Below, piece by piece: positions 25,544-30,047 of a stretch of DNA of 30,047 nt. The first letter of the stretch is position 1; every line of letters begins with the position of its first letter. The DNA lies in the NCBI GenBank assembly GCA_030597645.1, contig JAUVRN010000001.1, positions 1-30,047 on the forward strand. The letters run 5' to 3'. The position numbers were made by a program, and so were the translations under genes. The notes below the pieces were generated by a model. It worked only from the letters and a program-made list of their open reading frames with translations. It searched no databases and was not told the origin of the DNA. Source of the DNA: Candidatus Zixiibacteriota bacterium. GTDB taxonomy: Bacteria > Zixibacteria > MSB-5A5 > JAUVRN01.

Positions 25544-27754
25544 TCACAGCACTTCCAGCTTCGCGTACCTGGCGAGCAGCTTTTTCTTGAACTGGTCCTG
25601 GAATATCACTTCCCACTGGAGGTGCTCTCCGCCACCAAGGACGCGGACGATGCGGCCGTCGCCGAACTGGGGGTGGCGCACCCGGGCACCCACTGTCAGG
25701 TCGCCGGAGCCGCTGTCGCGGGGAACCGTCACCGGTTTTTCTACAGGCCGGAACGCTGCCGGAACGTCACGCGACCGAACCATGCTGGGCCGGTGATAGA
25801 GGTGTGCCGTGCGGTACCCGCGGTCTTCCTCTTCGTACAGGCCATCGGGGATCTCGTCGAGAAATCGGGACCGCAGGCTGACCATTTCGCCAAAGCGGCG
25901 TCGTCGATGCGCCCACGTCAGGATCAGTTTTTCCCGGGCACGCGTGATGCCGACGTAGAACAGCCGGCGTTCTTCTTCCGTTCCTTCGATGGATTCCAGC
26001 GAACGCGACAGCGGGAACAGCCCTTCTTCCATGCCGGTCAGGAACACGACCGGATACTCGAGCCCCTTGGCGGCGTGGAGGGTCATCAGTGTGATGCGTT
26101 CGGGATCGTTTTCGTAGCTGTCTACATCCGTGAGCAGCGCCACTTCTTCGAGGTATTCGGCCAGCGTGGTGTCGGGATGCTCGTCGTAGTACTCGGCCAC
26201 GCCGGCGATGAACTCCTTGACGTTGTCCGTGCGGCCGCGGCCGTCGGCGGCGTCTTCGACCACCAGTTCCTCCATCATGCCCGTATCGACGGCGATTCTC
26301 TGTACCAGAGCCTGCGGCGTCATCTCGGCGGCCAGTGACTCGAACCGATCCAGAAGACTGCCAAATTCCGCCAGCCGCTTGCCACCGGCGCCTTTGATGC
26401 CTTCGGGTGCGATGGCGAGTGCCTTTCGCACGGTCGTTTGCCTGGAGGTGGCCAGTTGAATCAGGCGGTCCTGCGACGTCTTGCCGATGCCCCGCCTGGG
26501 TACGTTGATGATGCGCTGCAAGGAAAAATCGTCGGCCGGGTTGACCAGCACGCGCAGGTACGCCACCAGGTCCTTGATCTCACGGCGCTGGTAGAAGCGC
26601 ACGCCGCCTACGACCGTGTACGGGATGCGCTGGCTGCGCAGCGTCTCTTCGAACACGCGTGACTGGGCGTTGGTGCGGTAGAGGGCAGCGAACTCGCCCC
26701 AGCTGCGCCCTTCACCGGCCACCATTTGCTGCATCTGCCCGGTGGCCCACAGGGCCTCGGCGCGATCGTCATCGTGCACGACCAGACGTACCGCGTCGCC
26801 ACCGGTGCGTGCCGTCCAGAGTTCCTTGGGCTTGCGAGCGGAGTTCTGCCGGACCACGGCGGAAGCCAGGTCGAGGATCGTCTGTGTGGAGCGGTAGTTC
26901 TGTTCCAGCGCCACCACGTGTGCGGTGGGAAAGTCCTTCTCAAAGTCGAGGATGTTTCGGATCTCGGCGCCCCGCCAGCCGTCGACCGATTGATCGTCGT
27001 CGCCCACCACCAGTACGTTTTGGGAATCGGGGGTGAGCAATTTGAGCAACCCGTACTGGGCGTGATTGGTGTCCTGGTACTCGTCCACCAGCAGGTGTTC
27101 GATACGCGCACGTGTGGTGGATCGAACGTCCTCGTCGCGCCGCAGGATGCGAACCGCGTTGAACAGGAGATCGTCAAAGTCCATGGCACCGCAGGCGCGC
27201 AGACGATCCTCGTAGCGGTAATACACCTTCGCTACCTGCTGACCGAAGTAATCCGTCGGCTGGTTTTCAAACTCCTCGGGTGACCACAGGCGGTTCTTGG
27301 CGCGGGAGATGTGGCTGAGAACCGCGTTGGGGTTGAACCGCTTGATGTCCATGTCCAGGTCTCGCATGATCTGCTTGATGGCGCGAATCTGGTCGTCGTC
27401 GTCGTATATCGTGTAGTCGCCGGGATAGCCCAGGCGGCCGGCCTCACGCCGCAGGAAGCGGGCACACCAGGAGTGAAACGTGACCAGCGTGGTGCCCAGG
27501 TCGCCGCCGAGGAGTTGCTCCACGCGTCCCTTCATCTCGCGGGCCGCCTTGTTGGTGAACGTGACCGCGAGGATGTTCCAGGGGCGCACGCGGCGGCCGG
27601 CGACCAGGTAGGCGATGCGGTACGTCAGTACGCGCGTCTTGCCCGAGCCGGCTCCTGCGAGAACCAGAACCGGGCCATCGCCGTGTGTCACGGCCTCCTT
27701 TTGTGCCGGATTGAGGTCGTCGAGCCACTTCTGGGCCAGTGCCTGGGTGTTCAT
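25544..27754 (-). CDS. pcrA: ATP-dependent SF1 DNA helicase PcrA/UvrD
   Basis: LNPAQKEAV, AGAGSGKT, TFTNKAA, VDEYQDTN, VGDDDQS, LEQNYRST, LYRTNAQSR, TLHAAKGLEYP, EERRLFYVGITRA and a C-terminal Tudor-like VRHPQFGDG. ATG 27754 is preferred over the ORF-track 27796. Confidence 0.96.
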   Translation of the reverse strand: MNTQALAQKWLDDLNPAQKEAVTHGDGPVLVLAGAGSGKTRVLTYRIAYLVAGRRVRPWNILAVTFTNKAAREMKGRVEQLLGGDLGTTLVTFHSWCARFLRREAGRLGYPGDYTIYDDDDQIRAIKQIMRDLDMDIKRFNPNAVLSHISRAKNRLWSPEEFENQPTDYFGQQVAKVYYRYEDRLRACGAMDFDDLLFNAVRILRRDEDVRSTTRARIEHLLVDEYQDTNHAQYGLLKLLTPDSQNVLVVGDDDQSVDGWRGAEIRNILDFEKDFPTAHVVALEQNYRSTQTILDLASAVVRQNSARKPKELWTARTGGDAVRLVVHDDDRAEALWATGQMQQMVAGEGRSWGEFAALYRTNAQSRVFEETLRSQRIPYTVVGGVRFYQRREIKDLVAYLRVLVNPADDFSLQRIINVPRRGIGKTSQDRLIQLATSRQTTVRKALAIAPEGIKGAGGKRLAEFGSLLDRFESLAAEMTPQALVQRIAVDTGMMEELVVEDAADGRGRTDNVKEFIAGVAEYYDEHPDTTLAEYLEEVALLTDVDSYENDPERITLMTLHAAKGLEYPVVFLTGMEEGLFPLSRSLESIEGTEEERRLFYVGITRAREKLILTWAHRRRRFGEMVSLRSRFLDEIPDGLYEEEDRGYRTAHLYHRPSMVRSRDVPAAFRPVEKPVTVPRDSGSGDLTVGARVRHPQFGDGRIVRVLGGGEHLQWEVIFQDQFKKKLLARYAKLEVL

Positions 27755-27836
27755 GGAGGGCCCAATATAGCGGCGCCGGGCGGCGAGTCGTATCAATATC
27801 TGGTGACTCCGTACAGCGGAAGCAAGTCTCCCGTCG

Positions 27837-27865
27837 TTGGCGCAGGGCAGGACACAGTGTATAAT
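27837..27865 (+). promoter_or_regulatory. Sigma70-type promoter of dusB, predicted to give a leaderless or near-leaderless transcript
   Basis: TTGGCG (27837-27842), 17 nt, TATAAT (27860-27865). ATG is 8 nt later and there is no Shine-Dalgarno. Confidence 0.75.
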
Positions 27866-27873
27866 AGAAGACC

Positions 27874-28866
27874 ATGTTCGATCCTCGATCGCTCCTGAAC
27901 TCCCGGGCGCTGCTGCTGGCGCCCATGGAAGACGTCTCCGACCTGCCCTTTCGCCTGATCCGCAAGCGGCTCGGGGCGGATGTCGTCTTCACCGAGTTCA
28001 TCTCATCCGAGGCGTTGATCCGTGACAAGTTGCGCGAGAAGCTCGACATCGCCGAAGAGGAGCGTCCGGTGGGGATCCAAATCTTCGGGGGGTCGGCCAC
28101 GGCCATGGCCGATGCAGCCAGGATTGCCACAGATGCAGGCGCCGACCTCGTGGACATCAACTTCGGCTGCCCCGTGCGCAAGGTGGTGAGCAGGGATGCC
28201 GGCGCGGCGGCGCTGCGCGATCTCGACCTGATGCGCGACGTTGCGGAATCGGTGGTTCGCGCGACGCATCTGCCCGTCACGGCCAAGACCCGTCTCGGGT
28301 GGGACAAGGAAGGAATTCGCATCACGGAAGTCGCCCGCCTGTTGGAGGACTGTGGCGTACAGGCACTCACCGTGCACGCGCGCACGCGCAAGGACGGATA
28401 CAAGGGCGACGCCGATTGGTCGTTTTTTCCGGCGATCAAAGAGGCCGTGAGGATGCCGGTGATCGGCAACGGCGACGTGATCACGCCGCAGCGTGCCCGG
28501 TTGGCTTTTGAAGAGTCGGGCGTGGACGGCATCATGATCGGCCGAGGCGCCATCTCCGATCCCTGGATCTTCCAGCGCACCAGGCATTATCTGCAGACCG
28601 GCGAGATGTTGCCCGAGCCGTCGCTGCACGAGCGCGTGACACTCCTGCTCGAGAACCTGCGCATGTCGATCGAATACAAGGGCGACGAGCGCCGCGCCGT
28701 CCTCGAACTGCGCAACATGTACTCCGGCTACCTGCGTAGCCACAGGGGTGTATCGAAGGTCCGCACGGACATGATGCAGATGACCTCATATGTCGACATC
28801 GAAGCTCGATTGAACAGGTTTCTGCAGGAATCGATGGCCTCGGAACCGGTGGCCATTCATGGTTAG
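27874..28866 (+). CDS. dusB: tRNA-dihydrouridine synthase (DusB-like)
   Basis: LAPMEDVSD, VDINFGCP (catalytic Cys), TAKTRLG, VHART, VIGNGD and MIGRGA. Confidence 0.93.
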   Translation: MFDPRSLLNSRALLLAPMEDVSDLPFRLIRKRLGADVVFTEFISSEALIRDKLREKLDIAEEERPVGIQIFGGSATAMADAARIATDAGADLVDINFGCPVRKVVSRDAGAAALRDLDLMRDVAESVVRATHLPVTAKTRLGWDKEGIRITEVARLLEDCGVQALTVHARTRKDGYKGDADWSFFPAIKEAVRMPVIGNGDVITPQRARLAFEESGVDGIMIGRGAISDPWIFQRTRHYLQTGEMLPEPSLHERVTLLLENLRMSIEYKGDERRAVLELRNMYSGYLRSHRGVSKVRTDMMQMTSYVDIEARLNRFLQESMASEPVAIHG

Positions 28867-28869
28867 ACG

Positions 28870-29538
28870 GTGCTGATGGGTTCATCCGCGCTTCGATGTG
28901 CCGTCGTGATTCTCCTGATCTGTCTGGCAGCGTGTGGAACGACCATGCAGGAAGAAGATCGTCCGAGCCGTTTCACGCTTACGCGCGGCGAAGATACCGT
29001 GGTCGTGTCTTATGCACCGGGTCCTCCAGAGGACGTGTACGACTCGCTTCTCATAGGCATCGAACTTTCACCGAACAAGGATCCTGGCACGGACAGTCTC
29101 TTTCTGGAACTGCTTTCCGCACAGGGCGGCTGGAGTCGCGCGGCTGATTCGTTCCTGGTGCGTGACACCGACGCCACGTATCGCGCCAGGGTATGGCTCG
29201 GCCCGACTTTTCCCGGCCAGTACGTATTGCGCTGGCAGACCGATCCGTTCACCGGTCACACGTACTATCTCTCCGCCTGGTATGATTCGACGGGTCGGTT
29301 GGTGCAATGGGATCACGAGCCGGACGACGTCGCCAGCGGCCGCCTGCCCCTGGTTCGAGACACGATGGAATTGACCTACCAGTTCTGGCCGGAGGTGCTC
29401 TACCGGCGCGTGCACCTGCAACGCCGCACGGACACCCAGCGCGTGTTCTGGGTCATTACCGAGTCGCTCTATCGCTCGGCCGGCGTGTCCAGTCGTGTCG
29501 TCGGCGGCACGTACAATCTTCGTTTCGATCCGGCGTGA
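28870..29538 (+). CDS. Hypothetical lipoprotein
   Basis: Lipobox LAAC at residue 22 after a hydrophobic stretch; GC-rich wobble positions; Trp/Tyr-rich, beta-strand-like mature part; no recognisable family. Confidence 0.8.
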   Translation: MLMGSSALRCAVVILLICLAACGTTMQEEDRPSRFTLTRGEDTVVVSYAPGPPEDVYDSLLIGIELSPNKDPGTDSLFLELLSAQGGWSRAADSFLVRDTDATYRARVWLGPTFPGQYVLRWQTDPFTGHTYYLSAWYDSTGRLVQWDHEPDDVASGRLPLVRDTMELTYQFWPEVLYRRVHLQRRTDTQRVFWVITESLYRSAGVSSRVVGGTYNLRFDPA

Positions 29539-29592
29539 CCCGGCGGCCCCCGGGACCGGCACGCGCCCCGTACGCGAGGCGCCACGGAGCTG

Positions 29593-29871
29593 GTGCGGGT
29601 GCGTGACACGCTGGTGGCACAGTTGATGTGGACGTACGAAGAGTTCGTCGAAAACGGGCAGCAGGGCGAACTCCTGTTCCGCGAATGGAAACATGATCTG
29701 CGGCCCCGCTTCTACTTCCAGGTGGATGGTAACGGACATCTGATGGGCGTCTGGCCGGCCAAGCCCGAGGGCAAGTACATCGCGGCGCGGGCCCCCACCG
29801 ACACGTCGAAGCCTGCGTGGGAGACGCTCAAGCGGGCGTTTGTGAAAGGGGACACAAGCCCGGTACCGTAG
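29593..29871 (+). CDS. Hypothetical protein, in frame with the upstream lipoprotein after a single TGA
   Basis: Strong GC bias at third codon positions throughout. GGAG at 29586-29589 could serve GTG 29599. No recognisable family. Confidence 0.65.
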   Translation: MRVRDTLVAQLMWTYEEFVENGQQGELLFREWKHDLRPRFYFQVDGNGHLMGVWPAKPEGKYIAARAPTDTSKPAWETLKRAFVKGDTSPVP

Positions 29872-30047
29872 TGTCCTGAACCGAGGTTCATCACCTGTTC
29901 CGCCAGGCCCCGGTGCCGCTGGTACTGTTGACCCTCCTCGACATATCCGCGGTGTCGCTTCATCGACCCGCCGTGCCACCACCACTGTGTCATCACCGGA
30001 GTAGTGGATCAACTTCTGACTCAGGACACCCGCGCACATCCAGAATC

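Noticed and set aside
27764-27796. Full -35/-10 promoter for pcrA (TTGATA...TATATT)
   Set aside because: The spacer is 21 nt, too long for sigma70. Only the -10-like hexamer is used, and only as weak evidence.
29536-29570. Selenocysteine insertion (UGA plus SECIS-like hairpin)
   Set aside because: There is no redox or Cys-type motif around the codon, the hairpin does not resemble a bacterial SECIS in spacing or loop, and no sel genes are in the window.
1-30047. The many long overlapping ORFs (e.g. 4641..6131, 8819..10279, 16447..17676, 27444..28580 on minus)
   Set aside because: They overlap well-supported genes, have Arg/Pro/Ala-rich or shadow-like composition and no motifs. Such ORFs are expected in GC-rich DNA.
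1-30047. CRISPR array, IS/transposase, integrase, prophage, defence genes, tRNA or rRNA
   Set aside because: I found no spaced repeat array, terminal inverted repeats or recognisable motifs. The intergenic gaps are short (under 250 bp) and none showed a tRNA cloverleaf.
29872-30047. Possible 3' part of a minus-strand gene at the right edge (FWMCAGVLSQKLIHYSGDDTVVVARRVDEA..., or the 29712..29996 frame)
   Set aside because: Codon-position bias appears to switch phase near 29960 and neither frame stops before overlapping the plus-strand ORF. With 176 nt and no downstream context I cannot call a gene, pseudogene or frameshift.

Overview
GC-rich bacterial chromosome segment made almost entirely of housekeeping genes. 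Gene order and protein style suggest an FCB-superphylum diderm such as Zixibacteria, KSB1 or Latescibacterota; this is an inference and was not tested. Left to right: a 5'-partial Hanks-type Ser/Thr kinase and an exported dienelactone-hydrolase-family protein (both minus); a three-gene polyamine operon (pyruvoyl arginine decarboxylase, deoxyhypusine-synthase-like enzyme, agmatinase); mfd; two parvulin-type foldases; hflX; a stand-alone receiver protein; a ~12 kb tightly packed operon yggS-yggT-divIVA-punA-ileS-dksA/traR-lspA-rluD-carA-carB; a small lipoprotein and pcrA/uvrD (minus); dusB; and two hypothetical ORFs separated by one in-frame TGA. I see no CRISPR array, mobile element, prophage, defence system, rRNA or tRNA. 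The best candidate for an under-described system is the pdaD-DHS-like-speB cluster, predicted to make homospermidine, possibly through guanidino-polyamine intermediates. Other leads are a type-2 IleRS with the swapped GxHH signature, a recurring AT-rich operator-like motif, and apparent leaderless and non-ATG starts. Several single-base changes at normally invariant positions suggest the sequence may carry some errors. All family assignments come from motif recognition by eye; no database search was run.
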